DNA of 64,000 bases from Patescibacteria group bacterium (GCA_041658665.1 JBAZZR010000003.1:4125-68124); one strand, 5' to 3'. Positions 44,244 to 54,081 are shown, counted from the stretch's first letter. Made by a program: numbers and translations. Notes: generated by a model not told the origin, from the sequence alone.

Positions 44244-45296
44244 TTATTGATTTAACACGCGCCCTTGTCCAACGTTAAAACGATCATCTTCAAGATCGGT
44301 CGACAAGTATTTTAAGCGGCCGCTTAGTTCAACTTTAGTTAAAGAGTCCAGGGCATAATACTGCGCATTGTTAAGTAGGGGAAGAATCCGACCTACTTGA
44401 GAGACGTTAGGCGTTAATTTAATTTCAAAACCAGCTCGATAACTCAAATCACTTCCCTTCTTTAAATCTTTAATTTTCCAGATTATCTGTCGGGAGGAAG
44501 TATTATAGTTAAATTCTCCGGCTAAAAGTGAACGACCATTCGCTAATTCTATTCCTAATGGTAAATTAGCACTAAACACAACATTTTTAAAATCATAGTT
44601 GCCGTCCGCTTCCCAAAATACCCAGTAAGAAGTCGGGATACCGACAATCGGTGGCACTGGTCCAATCCCCAACTGATCACCCTGAGGACTAGTATAATAA
44701 GCTAAGTTTTTAGCTAAAAATTCTGCGACAATTGTTAAATCAGGCAAGTTATCAGTTTGTTTAAACAACTGCTCTCGAAATGAATACTCACTTTGCGCCT
44801 GCCAATTAATCAGCCGATCGACGGCCTGACCCGCAAAATGAATAATAATTTGCGCCTCAACGCTTTCTCCTGCCTCTAAACGAGCTAGGGTTATGGAGCG
44901 CTCATGTAAAATAACCGCCCCGTCAGGAGCTGCGAGCTCCAGACGATTGATAGTAATATTTTTAGCAAGCGGAATCAAATTAATCGTCGCTTCCTTAATA
45001 ACGGCTGTACCTTTATTGCGAAAATTAATCTTCAAAAGCACCCCGTCTTTAATACTAATACTAGAACTGGCTACGGTAAAATCGAGTTCTAACGGCGGTT
45101 TGCTTAAATCAACGACCACCGGTTGATAATTGGGATTAGTCGTTAAATTAGGATGATAGAAAAAAAGAACAATCAAACTAAGCGCTAAGAGAAAAACTAG
45201 TAAGGTCAAGGAGAGGTCTAAAACAAAGTGCCAACGGTTATGGAGATAGAACCTCTCAAATCGACTGCGAAAATAATGATGAATATTTTTAAACAT
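44244..45296 (-). CDS. Membrane-anchored hypothetical protein with beta-sandwich-like extracellular region
   Basis: N-terminal TM (FVLDLSLTLLVFLLALSLIVLFF). The remainder is beta-rich with no recognisable catalytic motif. Stop lies 4 nt before the ftsQ-like start. Confidence 0.4.
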   Translation of the reverse strand: MFKNIHHYFRSRFERFYLHNRWHFVLDLSLTLLVFLLALSLIVLFFYHPNLTTNPNYQPVVVDLSKPPLELDFTVASSSISIKDGVLLKINFRNKGTAVIKEATINLIPLAKNITINRLELAAPDGAVILHERSITLARLEAGESVEAQIIIHFAGQAVDRLINWQAQSEYSFREQLFKQTDNLPDLTIVAEFLAKNLAYYTSPQGDQLGIGPVPPIVGIPTSYWVFWEADGNYDFKNVVFSANLPLGIELANGRSLLAGEFNYNTSSRQIIWKIKDLKKGSDLSYRAGFEIKLTPNVSQVGRILPLLNNAQYYALDSLTKVELSGRLKYLSTDLEDDRFNVGQGRVLNQ

Positions 45297-45332
45297 ATAA
45301 TTGTTAGAAATTGAAAAATATTTTTTTCAATT

Positions 45333-47351
45333 TCAATAAAAATTCTTTAAACCAACTAAAATTTCCGCCTGGCCGTCATTATTTATATCGCTGGCCGAAA
45401 CCCTAATTCCCCCATGAAATTTTTGGTCATAAGCAAAGAAATTTCTTAAATTTTTTCCCCGCGCAGAAAAAATCCTAATTTGCGGCCCGCCGGCGCTCGC
45501 CGGCCCGGTCACAATTTCTAAAGCGCCATCACCATCTATATCACCCAACGCGACATTAACCCCACCGCGCATATTTTTATCATAAGCCAAAAAGCTAGTC
45601 TTCAGTTTACCTTGAAGGGAAAATGTTTTAACCACTGGTTCATCTCCCTGCCCTGGCCCGGTCACAATTTCTAAAGCGCCATCACCGTCTATATCACCCA
45701 GCGCGACATTAACCCCGCCGCGCCTATTTTTATCATAAGCGAAAAAACTAGACTCTAGTTTACCACCAGCCGAAAAAAGTTGAACTTGCGGCCCGCCGCC
45801 TAAACCGGCCCCAACGGCTATTTTCTCCAAAGCATTATCCTTAAGACTAGCAGCAAAACTTAAAGATTTTTTATAAGCCACACCGTAAGGCTTTAAATTC
45901 ATCATCTGCCGACCATTGCTAAATAAACTAAGTTGGCCAAGAGAGGCACCTAAACTAAAATTTGACTCCCCCTCGAAATTAGAAACAAACACTTCTGACG
46001 ACCCCGGGAACATACTAAGGTAAGAAAAAAACCCATTGCTAACCGTCTCTCCCTGCCCATTAAAAACCCGAAAAAAATAACCATTAGTAAAGGACGCCTG
46101 ATTGATCACGACACTAGCTTTTTTTAATAAAACTACCGCATCCCGCGATTCTAGTTGAATATAATTTATTTTCTGACCGTTATTAAATAAACTGTCCTGT
46201 TGGCCATTAATTTTTTCAAATTCTTCCCTTTGAAAAACATAAGTTTTCTTTTGAGAAGTAGAGTTAACTAGAGCAATGCCATTTTTAAAATCACGACGCC
46301 ATAAGCCGGCCTGTAACTTCGTGGCGGAATTATCTAACAAATTATAAAGAGCGGATTGAGCGGCCCCTAAATTAACTTCGTATTCGTCATACCACCAAGT
46401 CTGTCCGTGATTAGTGACATCATAATCATAGCTATAGAAACCATCGCCTAAAAGCGTACTGACGAGCCCATAACGGAAATGCCGAAAATTATTCTGATTT
46501 TTATCATAAACATTAATAATTGGCAGCTGCGGATTTAAATTTAAACGAGATAATTCCAAATAAGTTTCCATTGAACCGGCCCAAGTTCCGCCGTTCTCCC
46601 AAGGCGCGGGAAAATTCTCCAACATCATGCCATTAAGTAAAGGCTGAAAACCCTCATAAATCTGACCATTACCGACAATAACGAAATCTTGGCCAGCGAG
46701 CGCTCTAGTCTTAGCTAACATCTTTTTAAAACCGGCGGCCCAAAGCCGATCGACTTCGCTAGAGCTTTCGGGAACGCCGTCATTATTAAGATCTAAGGAC
46801 TGAGGACTAACCCAGCTAACGCTGTTCCAAGTATTATCATAGAACACTCCGTCCCACAGGCCAGAAGACTTTAGCCTAGCCACGATAAATTCTGGTAAAT
46901 AATCGATAAATCTTTGTCCTGTTTCATCGACGGGAGCGCCATCAGACAAATTAAACATCGAGGTATTCGGCCAGTTTGATATTTTATTGCCGCTCATGTC
47001 GCGCAGCCACCAAGCGCTACTTATCCCCTTATTAAACTCTTGTCTTAAATAAGCCTGATTATAATAATCAACTTTATCTAATATTTCCTGAGACGTAATA
47101 TAAACTAAAATAATAATTTTCGGATTCAACTCTCTAATTCTTAAAATCTTATCTCGACTAGTTTCTTGAGTCTCCATGTCTAAGACTAATAAATTCCATT
47201 TAGCTAATTTCGGAACCTCCTCGTCACTAATTTCCCATTTCAAAAAATAATTAGCTAAACGGGGAAAATTGGCCGGCAAAACCGCCGCCTGTAAGGCCAG
47301 CGGAGAAAAAATAGCCAAAACAACAATTAAGCCGAACAGCTTTTTCAACAT
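45333..47351 (-). CDS. Secreted protein: TIM-barrel glycoside-hydrolase-like (GHL15-type) N-domain plus C-terminal FG-GAP/VCBS repeats
   Basis: I place the start at the ATG at 47351 (MLKKLFGLIVVLAIFSPLALQA signal peptide). The track start at 47390 overlaps the 3' end of the serS coding region. N-domain has LAKWNLLVLDME ... NPKIIILVYI patterns. C-terminus has GDIDGDGALEIVTGP twice and SDINNDGQAEILVG. Confidence 0.55.
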   Translation of the reverse strand: MLKKLFGLIVVLAIFSPLALQAAVLPANFPRLANYFLKWEISDEEVPKLAKWNLLVLDMETQETSRDKILRIRELNPKIIILVYITSQEILDKVDYYNQAYLRQEFNKGISSAWWLRDMSGNKISNWPNTSMFNLSDGAPVDETGQRFIDYLPEFIVARLKSSGLWDGVFYDNTWNSVSWVSPQSLDLNNDGVPESSSEVDRLWAAGFKKMLAKTRALAGQDFVIVGNGQIYEGFQPLLNGMMLENFPAPWENGGTWAGSMETYLELSRLNLNPQLPIINVYDKNQNNFRHFRYGLVSTLLGDGFYSYDYDVTNHGQTWWYDEYEVNLGAAQSALYNLLDNSATKLQAGLWRRDFKNGIALVNSTSQKKTYVFQREEFEKINGQQDSLFNNGQKINYIQLESRDAVVLLKKASVVINQASFTNGYFFRVFNGQGETVSNGFFSYLSMFPGSSEVFVSNFEGESNFSLGASLGQLSLFSNGRQMMNLKPYGVAYKKSLSFAASLKDNALEKIAVGAGLGGGPQVQLFSAGGKLESSFFAYDKNRRGGVNVALGDIDGDGALEIVTGPGQGDEPVVKTFSLQGKLKTSFLAYDKNMRGGVNVALGDIDGDGALEIVTGPASAGGPQIRIFSARGKNLRNFFAYDQKFHGGIRVSASDINNDGQAEILVGLKNFY
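45502..45740 (-). repeat. Near-identical 86-nt direct repeat pair (period 153 nt) encoding adjacent FG-GAP repeats
   Basis: 45502-45587 versus 45655-45740 differ at 4 of 86 positions by my alignment (a/g at three sites, a/c at one). Confidence 0.85.
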
Positions 47352-47361
47352 AAATAAACGT

Positions 47362-48615
47362 CTACTTAGGCTTAATAATCTTAAGACCACGCGGTAAATA
47401 TTGACGTAAGACTTTAGGAATTATTACCGAACCATCCGCCTGTTGATTTTGTTCTAAAATTGCCGGCAGAAGTCGGCTAGTGGCTAGCCCCGAAGCATTA
47501 AGCGTATGAACAAATTCATTTTTAGCCGTGGCTAAATTCTTATAACGTATCTGACCGCGCCGCGCTTGGTAATCTAAAGCATTGGAAATACTACTGACTT
47601 CTTTATAAATACCCATACTAGGAATAAAGACCTCGAGGTCATAAGTCTTAGCCATGGCGGCGCTACAATCGCCAGCGGCTAGCTTAGATACTTGAAAATG
47701 TAAACCCAGGCCAGCGACTAACTGTTTAGCATTATTAACTAATTCAGCAAACATTTCCCAAGATTTTTCCGGATGAGAGAAAATAAACATTTCTATTTTA
47801 TTAAATTGGTGCCCGCGAATCATCCCCCGCTCTTCCTGACGATAACTGCCGGCCTCGCGTCGAAAACATGGCGAATAAGCAAAATATTTCAAAGGTAATT
47901 CGGCTAAATTTAAAATCTCTTCCCGATGATAATTACCGAGCATCATCTCGCTCGTTGCGTTCAAACATAAATTATCTTGAGTCCAAAATAAATCATCACG
48001 AAATTTCGGCAGGTGTCCGGAAGTATAAGCCGACTTTTCGGTCAGGAGAAACGGCGGTATTAAAAATTGATAATTATTTTTAACGTGAAAATCAATAAAA
48101 TAAGATAACAAGGCCCACTCCAAAAGAGCCCCTAAACCTTTATAGCACCAAAAACCCGTGCCGGACATTTTAACCGCCCGATCGTAATCAATTAATCCTA
48201 GAGAAGTCGCTAGTTCAACGTGATCTTTAAGGAGAAAATTAAATTTAGGCTCTTTACCGAAAGTAGAAATTACTTCATTATTTTCCTTACCGCCAGACAA
48301 AACATCCGGCGCCGGAATATTAGGCAACTCAATCAGGCGCTCGTGCAAATCCGTCTCTAAGTCAGCTAACGACTTCTCTTCCCTTTTTATTTTTTCGCCA
48401 AGAGATTTCATCCGCTCAATGATATCAGGAGTCGGTTTAGTTTTAGAATACCGGTTACGCTCGGCTTTAGACTCTTCTAGAGACTTAATCAAAACCCGTC
48501 GCTCATCGTCAAGACTAATAATTTTTTCTAAATCTAATTTCTCCGGCAACATCCTCTTTAACAAAGCCGCCTTTACTTCTACTAAATTTTCCCTAATTAA
48601 TTTAATATCCAACAT
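47362..48615 (-). CDS. serS: Seryl-tRNA synthetase
   Basis: N-terminal coiled-coil arm (MLDIKLIRENLVEV) and class II motifs (FRREAGS..., RGHQFNKIE, TLNASGLATSRLL). Confidence 0.92.
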   Translation of the reverse strand: MLDIKLIRENLVEVKAALLKRMLPEKLDLEKIISLDDERRVLIKSLEESKAERNRYSKTKPTPDIIERMKSLGEKIKREEKSLADLETDLHERLIELPNIPAPDVLSGGKENNEVISTFGKEPKFNFLLKDHVELATSLGLIDYDRAVKMSGTGFWCYKGLGALLEWALLSYFIDFHVKNNYQFLIPPFLLTEKSAYTSGHLPKFRDDLFWTQDNLCLNATSEMMLGNYHREEILNLAELPLKYFAYSPCFRREAGSYRQEERGMIRGHQFNKIEMFIFSHPEKSWEMFAELVNNAKQLVAGLGLHFQVSKLAAGDCSAAMAKTYDLEVFIPSMGIYKEVSSISNALDYQARRGQIRYKNLATAKNEFVHTLNASGLATSRLLPAILEQNQQADGSVIIPKVLRQYLPRGLKIIKPK

Positions 48616-48639
48616 AAAATATTAGGCTTTAAAAATAAA

Positions 48640-50346
48640 TTAATTAATTATTTCCCCGCCGAAAGTCTTTAAAAGATCACCCAGTAAAGCCCCCGGTAAA
48701 CTATTATGCGATTCCGGAATAATCGAACTAGTCTTAGCTGTCTGGTCGGAGGGCGTCTGTTTATTAGAGACGGCCGTTAGGCTAACTCGATTAGCAATTT
48801 CCGACTCACCAGTCTCACGCTTAATTTCTAAATTCTCATCAATTAGCGAATGAAAACTTAAATGAGCCTGAAAAGTTTCCGCTAAAGCCTCCTCTACCAT
48901 TTTTTTAATACTAGGATCATTAATCCGATCTTGATGAAATTTATATTTAAACACTAAACCTAAACTACTATCGCTTATTTCACCCGGCTCACAATTTTGC
49001 ATGATAAAAGATAGAGAATGATTATACTTTTTAATCTTCAGTAAAAATTCCGGCCACTTGGCTCTCACGGCGCTCGCCGCTAAACTATTCATTTTCGCTA
49101 AAACCGGCTGATTATCAGATCGCATTTCCTCGCCAGGTTTCTTCCCTAATGCCGCTTGAGAACTACTAGAAGATTGGGGGCTGCTGGAAGATCGAAAATC
49201 GCGACCGGACGAAAAGTCGGCCGAACCGCCATCAGATTTTAGCGGTTTAGCCGGACTAAGACATAACTCTACTATAGCTATCTCTAGCGGCAGCTGCGGA
49301 ATGGCCGCCGCCCGATTATCTAAAGAAATATCTAGAAAACGACGAGTAAAAATTAAAATCTGATCCCAACTCAAATAAGAGGCCACTAAACGTAAACGTT
49401 TTTCCAAGCTTTCTCCTAAATCCAAACCTAAACTATCAATTAATTCCGGGTTTAACTTCTCTAACATTATTTTTCTTAAGAGGCTCACGATCTCGCCCCC
49501 TAATATTTTCATGTTCACGCCATTATCCACTAAATTATTAACTAGAGCTAATCCTTTAGCGGCATCTTTATGACCGAGAAAATCTATCAAACTCAAAGCA
49601 TCATTACTATTATAATTAGGCACGACTAATTCGGCCTGTTCACTAGTTATTTTTTTACCGCCCAAAGAAAATATTTGGCCTAGCAGGCTCTCCGCATCTC
49701 TCAAATGACCGCCCGAACGACGGGCGACTGACTCTAAAATTTCGGGAGCAATATCAATTTTCTCCTGAGCGGCAATATAGGATAATTTCTTAACCACGTC
49801 TTTAACGCTTATTCGTTTAAAATCAAAACGCTCGCAACGAGAAATAACGGTACTGGGGACCCGCTGGATCTCCGTAGTACACAGAATAAAAATAACATAA
49901 ACAGGTGGCTCTTCGATTATTTTTAAAAGAGCGTTAAAAGCGGAGATCGATAACATATGAACTTCGTCGATGATAAAGACTTTAAATTTCGCTTGGGCCG
50001 GCGCTAAACGAGAAAAAGCAATGATATTCTCCCGGACATTATCGACTCCGGTATTACTGGCAGCGTCTATTTCTACCACATCTAAATTTTTACCGGCGGT
50101 AATTCCTCGACAATTATCACATTCGTTACAAGGATCAAAATCCTCTGATTTTCTCTGCGTACAATTCAAAGCTTTGGCCAAAACCCGCGCTAAAGTAGTT
50201 TTGCCCACCGCTCGTGGTCCGCAAAATAAAAAAGTCTGCGCTAAACGATTAGCGACAATTTCGTTCTGTAAGGTTATTTTGATATGATTCTGACCCAGTA
50301 TTTCCGAAAACTTTTGGGGGCGATAATCACGATATAAAGTAGACAT
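48640..50346 (-). CDS. dnaX: DNA polymerase III subunit gamma/tau
   Basis: YRPQKFSEILGQ, GPRAVGKTT Walker A, Zn module CTQRK...CNECDNC, IIDEVHMLS, SRC sensor motif, and a Ser-rich low-complexity linker. Confidence 0.9.
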   Translation of the reverse strand: MSTLYRDYRPQKFSEILGQNHIKITLQNEIVANRLAQTFLFCGPRAVGKTTLARVLAKALNCTQRKSEDFDPCNECDNCRGITAGKNLDVVEIDAASNTGVDNVRENIIAFSRLAPAQAKFKVFIIDEVHMLSISAFNALLKIIEEPPVYVIFILCTTEIQRVPSTVISRCERFDFKRISVKDVVKKLSYIAAQEKIDIAPEILESVARRSGGHLRDAESLLGQIFSLGGKKITSEQAELVVPNYNSNDALSLIDFLGHKDAAKGLALVNNLVDNGVNMKILGGEIVSLLRKIMLEKLNPELIDSLGLDLGESLEKRLRLVASYLSWDQILIFTRRFLDISLDNRAAAIPQLPLEIAIVELCLSPAKPLKSDGGSADFSSGRDFRSSSSPQSSSSSQAALGKKPGEEMRSDNQPVLAKMNSLAASAVRAKWPEFLLKIKKYNHSLSFIMQNCEPGEISDSSLGLVFKYKFHQDRINDPSIKKMVEEALAETFQAHLSFHSLIDENLEIKRETGESEIANRVSLTAVSNKQTPSDQTAKTSSIIPESHNSLPGALLGDLLKTFGGEIIN

Positions 50347-50375
50347 AATATAAATTAAAAATCAAAAAATAAAAA

Positions 50376-52847
50376 TTAATGCCCGGAACGACGGCTAATA
50401 TCGGCCTCGACTAAACGAACATTCTGACCATATTTCAAACGACTCAAAGCTCTGATTTGATCGGCAATACCAGCTTGTTTGAGCCCAAGTATCGGCCAAG
50501 TGGTCTTTAAAGAGAAAGGCCTAGTCGCGCTATTATCCACTAATAATTTAAGATAAGCCGTCCCTTTGTCGATATTTATTAAATCATACTCATTAAAAAC
50601 CGGAGAAAATTCTTTCACTAAAAATTCAGCGTCCTCCGTGCCAATTTTAAAACTAATCATGGTCCCCACGTTACCAAATACCGCGTCTTTAATTTCCGTA
50701 TTATTATTTTTACTGAGCTGTCCGATATATTGATGAGCAATAATTAAATTCAAAGCATATTTTCGGGCTTCCGATAAAATCTGGCAAATAGAATTAGTAG
50801 TAAAATTTTGAAATTCATCAATATATAAATAAAAATCTTTTCTCGCCTCGCTCGGCATATCCGTCCGCGATAAGGCGGCCATTAAAATCTTGCCCACCAG
50901 AATCATACCCAGAAGATAGGCGTTCATTTCTCCGACTAAGCCTTTAGGCAAATCAATTAATAAAATTTTCTGCTTATCCATTATCTCCCTTAAATTAAAA
51001 GCACTTTTCTGTTGACCAATAATGGGACGCATCATGTCATTAGAAATAAACGACGTAAGTTTCGAAGTGATGTAGGGGACGATATTAGCTAAAGCGGCTT
51101 CCCCGCCGGCCTTTTCCGCTTCTTTGCGCCAAAAGTCAACTACCGTTTGATTCTGACAGCGACTAAGTTTCAAGCGTCTAAATTCTTCATCGGCTAATAC
51201 TTTAGGAATTTCCATTAAAGTCGAACCACTAGCTGGGTCATCCATGACTAGAAGCATGGCGTTTCTCATATACTGTTCAAACATTGGTCCACCAGTAGCC
51301 TTTAAATCATATAATTTATCAAAAATGCCAATCATCTCATTAATCACAAAACTTTTTTGCTCTGGATACTTCTCATCATATTCTAATAAATTAAGGGCTA
51401 GAGGGCGCTCCAAATCGCCGGGCGAAAAAATTATAACGTCCTCCGCGCGCTCCGGCGGAATACGATCTAAAATATCAGTAATGAGATCGCCGTGCGGGTC
51501 AAGAACACAAACCCCTTCACCGTTTTGAATATCCTGAATAGCCATATTCGCCAACAAAACAGATTTGCCGGTACCAGACTTACCAATTATATAAGTATGG
51601 CGACGTCGATCAACTCGTTTCATTCTAATCTCCCGCACGACCCCTCGATAAATATTTTCACCCAAGCTTATCCCTTCGCTAGGCACAGAGGCCGGCGCAG
51701 GCGCAATTTTCGCCGTTAGCCAATCAATATTAGGCGTTTCCATGTCTCTTAAGGGGAAATGGAAAACACTGGCGAGTTCCTCGCTATTAAATAAGAAGGC
51801 GATATTTTCACGAAAATAACGGTAGATGAAATCTTTAATGATTCTCTCGGGTTTATTTTTATTCAACCGCGTAAACACATTACCATAACTAAAATTATTA
51901 TATTCAGTAAATACGCTAGAAATATTTTCCAAATAAATATTAGCCTGTTCTTTAGTTTTAGCGCAGGCGATCAAGCGGATATTAACATCCAAACCCGCTT
52001 TCATATTTTTTTCCTCAATTGACTTTAGCATCTCTTCTTCAACGGGCGATAATTTTTTAACAACTTGATGGCTGGTATCCCGCTCTTTTTCTTTTTTGGT
52101 CTTAGGGAACAAATCGTTGAGTAACATGCTTACCCCCCCTAATAAACTAGTAGTCCGTAAACCCTCGGCCACCGAATTTTTCTGTTGAATTTTAGCGACT
52201 ACTCGTCTGACCCGGCCGTGCCAAGCGCCGTTAGCGCTACGAACGACATACTGAATAGCGACACTTTCATCCTTCTCTAATTTTGACAAAGTATTAATCA
52301 AAGAATTCAGAGGATCCACTTCCATTTTTTGGTAAGTTTTAATCGGAAAAACTAAACTCTTGCTGGTTTTTAAAATCCCCGCTGCTACTTGTCCTTGTAA
52401 ACTGAAAGAATTATAATCCTCGACTTCTTCAATCACCGCTTCAGAATAATGCGCGTGAATTTGTTGCTCTAAATAACGCGCCCCGGCCGCCGGAGTCACC
52501 ACATAAAAAGAGATGCGGTTATGATGAGCGACAATTTCAAAAGAAAACTGATCGCTACGACCGAAAAACCAAAAATTTAAACCTCTTTGCGCCCTTAAGC
52601 CGCCAATCGCCGCAAAAACTGTCTCTCCCTTAGCAATTTCTTCTTTCAAACGCTCATTACTTTCTTCTCTTTTTTCGTCGCCGACTCTCTCTTTCGGTAG
52701 ACGCACTAAAAATACTTGATGAGGAAAATAGCGCCGGCCAGAAAATAAGGAACGAATTAACAAAAAAATAGCTAAACAGAAAAATACTAGAAAAATGCTA
52801 GCTAATAAATAAACAACTAAACTATTTAGGTCTATAAAAAATTCCAT
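50376..52847 (-). CDS. Membrane-anchored VirD4/TraD/TrwB-like (FtsK/HerA superfamily) P-loop ATPase with large uncharacterised N-terminal domain
   Basis: N-terminal TM (VVYLLASIFLVFFCLAIFLLI), about 380 aa unassigned, then Walker A IIGKSGTGKS, VLDPHGDL, Walker B LYIDEFQNF and IIAHQY, as in coupling-protein-type ATPases. Confidence 0.6.
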   Translation of the reverse strand: MEFFIDLNSLVVYLLASIFLVFFCLAIFLLIRSLFSGRRYFPHQVFLVRLPKERVGDEKREESNERLKEEIAKGETVFAAIGGLRAQRGLNFWFFGRSDQFSFEIVAHHNRISFYVVTPAAGARYLEQQIHAHYSEAVIEEVEDYNSFSLQGQVAAGILKTSKSLVFPIKTYQKMEVDPLNSLINTLSKLEKDESVAIQYVVRSANGAWHGRVRRVVAKIQQKNSVAEGLRTTSLLGGVSMLLNDLFPKTKKEKERDTSHQVVKKLSPVEEEMLKSIEEKNMKAGLDVNIRLIACAKTKEQANIYLENISSVFTEYNNFSYGNVFTRLNKNKPERIIKDFIYRYFRENIAFLFNSEELASVFHFPLRDMETPNIDWLTAKIAPAPASVPSEGISLGENIYRGVVREIRMKRVDRRRHTYIIGKSGTGKSVLLANMAIQDIQNGEGVCVLDPHGDLITDILDRIPPERAEDVIIFSPGDLERPLALNLLEYDEKYPEQKSFVINEMIGIFDKLYDLKATGGPMFEQYMRNAMLLVMDDPASGSTLMEIPKVLADEEFRRLKLSRCQNQTVVDFWRKEAEKAGGEAALANIVPYITSKLTSFISNDMMRPIIGQQKSAFNLREIMDKQKILLIDLPKGLVGEMNAYLLGMILVGKILMAALSRTDMPSEARKDFYLYIDEFQNFTTNSICQILSEARKYALNLIIAHQYIGQLSKNNNTEIKDAVFGNVGTMISFKIGTEDAEFLVKEFSPVFNEYDLINIDKGTAYLKLLVDNSATRPFSLKTTWPILGLKQAGIADQIRALSRLKYGQNVRLVEADISRRSGH

Positions 52848-52874
52848 AAAAACCGCCGTCTAAACGAGCTTATA

Positions 52875-53354
52875 TTAAAATCTATTTTTTATCTTTATAA
52901 TCTTGTCCGCTTTAATCTTAGTTTCTTGCTCTAAAAAAAATTTATTAATACCCGGGAGCATTTTTAACCAATCTCTAATTAGGCCGATTATCTTATTAAT
53001 CTTGACTTTGGTTTGACTTAAAAGGACGTTAATCTTAGACACGGTTTCCTCCCCTTTTTTCTTAAAAGCCGCCTGCTCTAAGGGATTCATCTTTAAAAAT
53101 ATCTCATTTAGTCCCTCCTCTAATATAAGGTCAATGGCCGCCGCCCTCTGACTTTCTAAGGAATTTAGCTTTGAACTAACGGCCGCAACCGGTGACGCGA
53201 AAACTTTAGAAGCCGTCAAAGGCTCTTGTGGTTTTTCTGTTTTTTTCGCCGCTTGTTCAATTTTAGTCTCAGGACTAGTAATTTGTTCAGCCTGGCTAGC
53301 TGGCGCTTCGGGCGGACTTAATAGCGTTTGCTCAATAATTTTTTCACCAGCCAT
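52875..53354 (-). CDS. Hypothetical soluble protein (disordered N-terminus, helical C-terminus)
   Basis: ORF only, with no motif recognised. Co-oriented with, and 27 nt upstream of, the VirD4-like gene. Confidence 0.35.
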   Translation of the reverse strand: MAGEKIIEQTLLSPPEAPASQAEQITSPETKIEQAAKKTEKPQEPLTASKVFASPVAAVSSKLNSLESQRAAAIDLILEEGLNEIFLKMNPLEQAAFKKKGEETVSKINVLLSQTKVKINKIIGLIRDWLKMLPGINKFFLEQETKIKADKIIKIKNRF

Positions 53355-53369
53355 ATAGGTTCAAATAAA

Positions 53370-53546
53370 TTATTTCTTAATACTAATTGCTTCGACGGGA
53401 CAGGATTCTGATGCCTTAAGCGCATTATCATTTTCTTGAGAGTTCACTACTTCGGCCTTACCGTTTAAATTCATCTGAAAAATTTCCGGACAAAGACTAG
53501 CGCACATTCCACACCCGATGCATTTATTTTGATCTACTTTTACCAT
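53370..53546 (-). CDS. Small ferredoxin (58 aa, not in ORF track)
   Basis: My translation of the minus strand gives MVKVDQNKCIGCGMCASLCPEIFQMNLNGKAEVVNSQENDNALKASESCPVEAISIKK. It carries CxxCxxC...CP plus a distal CP, the pattern of single-cluster Fe-S ferredoxins. Confidence 0.7.
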   Translation of the reverse strand: MVKVDQNKCIGCGMCASLCPEIFQMNLNGKAEVVNSQENDNALKASESCPVEAISIKK

Positions 53547-53631
53547 AAAATTAAATTAAGACTAGCTAAGATATAATTAGCTAATATTTTTAAAAATTTT
53601 TAATAATAATTTCACTATTTTTGCTGTTTTT

Positions 53632-53640
53632 ATTATAACA
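53632..53640 (-). promoter_or_regulatory. Extended -10 element (TGTTATAAT) for the ferredoxin-led minus-strand gene run
   Basis: Reverse complement of attataaca at 53632-53640. No clear -35 element. Confidence 0.35.
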
Positions 53641-53667
53641 TATCTTATAAAAATTGAAACAATCCAT

Positions 53668-53696
53668 TTGACAATCATCTCGCCTTTTGTTATACT
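53668..53696 (+). promoter_or_regulatory. Near-consensus sigma70 promoter for rpmA
   Basis: TTGACA 53668-53673, 17-nt spacer, TATACT 53691-53696. Confidence 0.6.
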
Positions 53697-53772
53697 AAAT
53701 TAGAATAAAATAATTAGCATAATAATAACACGCTATCGATATGTTACGTGTTATTTGTTATTAGAAACTTCT

Positions 53773-54081
53773 ATGGCACACAAGAAAGCCGCCGGTTCAA
53801 CCTCATTAGGCCGCGAATCAGAAAGTAAACGACTAGGCGTTAAGCTAACTGATGGCGAGCGAGCTAAGACTGGCGCCATTATTATTAGACAACGGGGCAC
53901 TAAATATCATCCTGGCCTCAATGTAAAAAAAGGCAAAGATGACACTTTATTCGCTTTAAAACCAGGAATCGTTAAATTTTCTACTAAAAAATTAAAAAAA
54001 TACGATAATTCTTTAAAGATCTGCAAGGTAGTCAGTGTTATCGGAGCTAAGTTAGAAGAAAAAACAACGGTCACCAAATAA
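53773..54081 (+). CDS. rpmA: 50S ribosomal protein L27
   Basis: [24 protein letters not shown] ... [13 protein letters not shown] is the L27 signature. I prefer the ATG at 53773 over the track's TTG at 53755. Confidence 0.9.
   Translation: MAHKKAAGSTSLGRESESKRLGVKLTDGERAKTGAIIIRQRGTKYHPGLNVKKGKDDTLFALKPGIVKFSTKKLKKYDNSLKICKVVSVIGAKLEEKTTVTK

Noticed and set aside
47352-47390. Longer start for the GH-like/FG-GAP gene, overlapping the 3' end of serS
   Set aside because: The internal ATG at 47351 gives a textbook signal peptide (MLKKLFGLIVVLAIFSPLALQA). The 13 extra residues would overlap the serS coding region.
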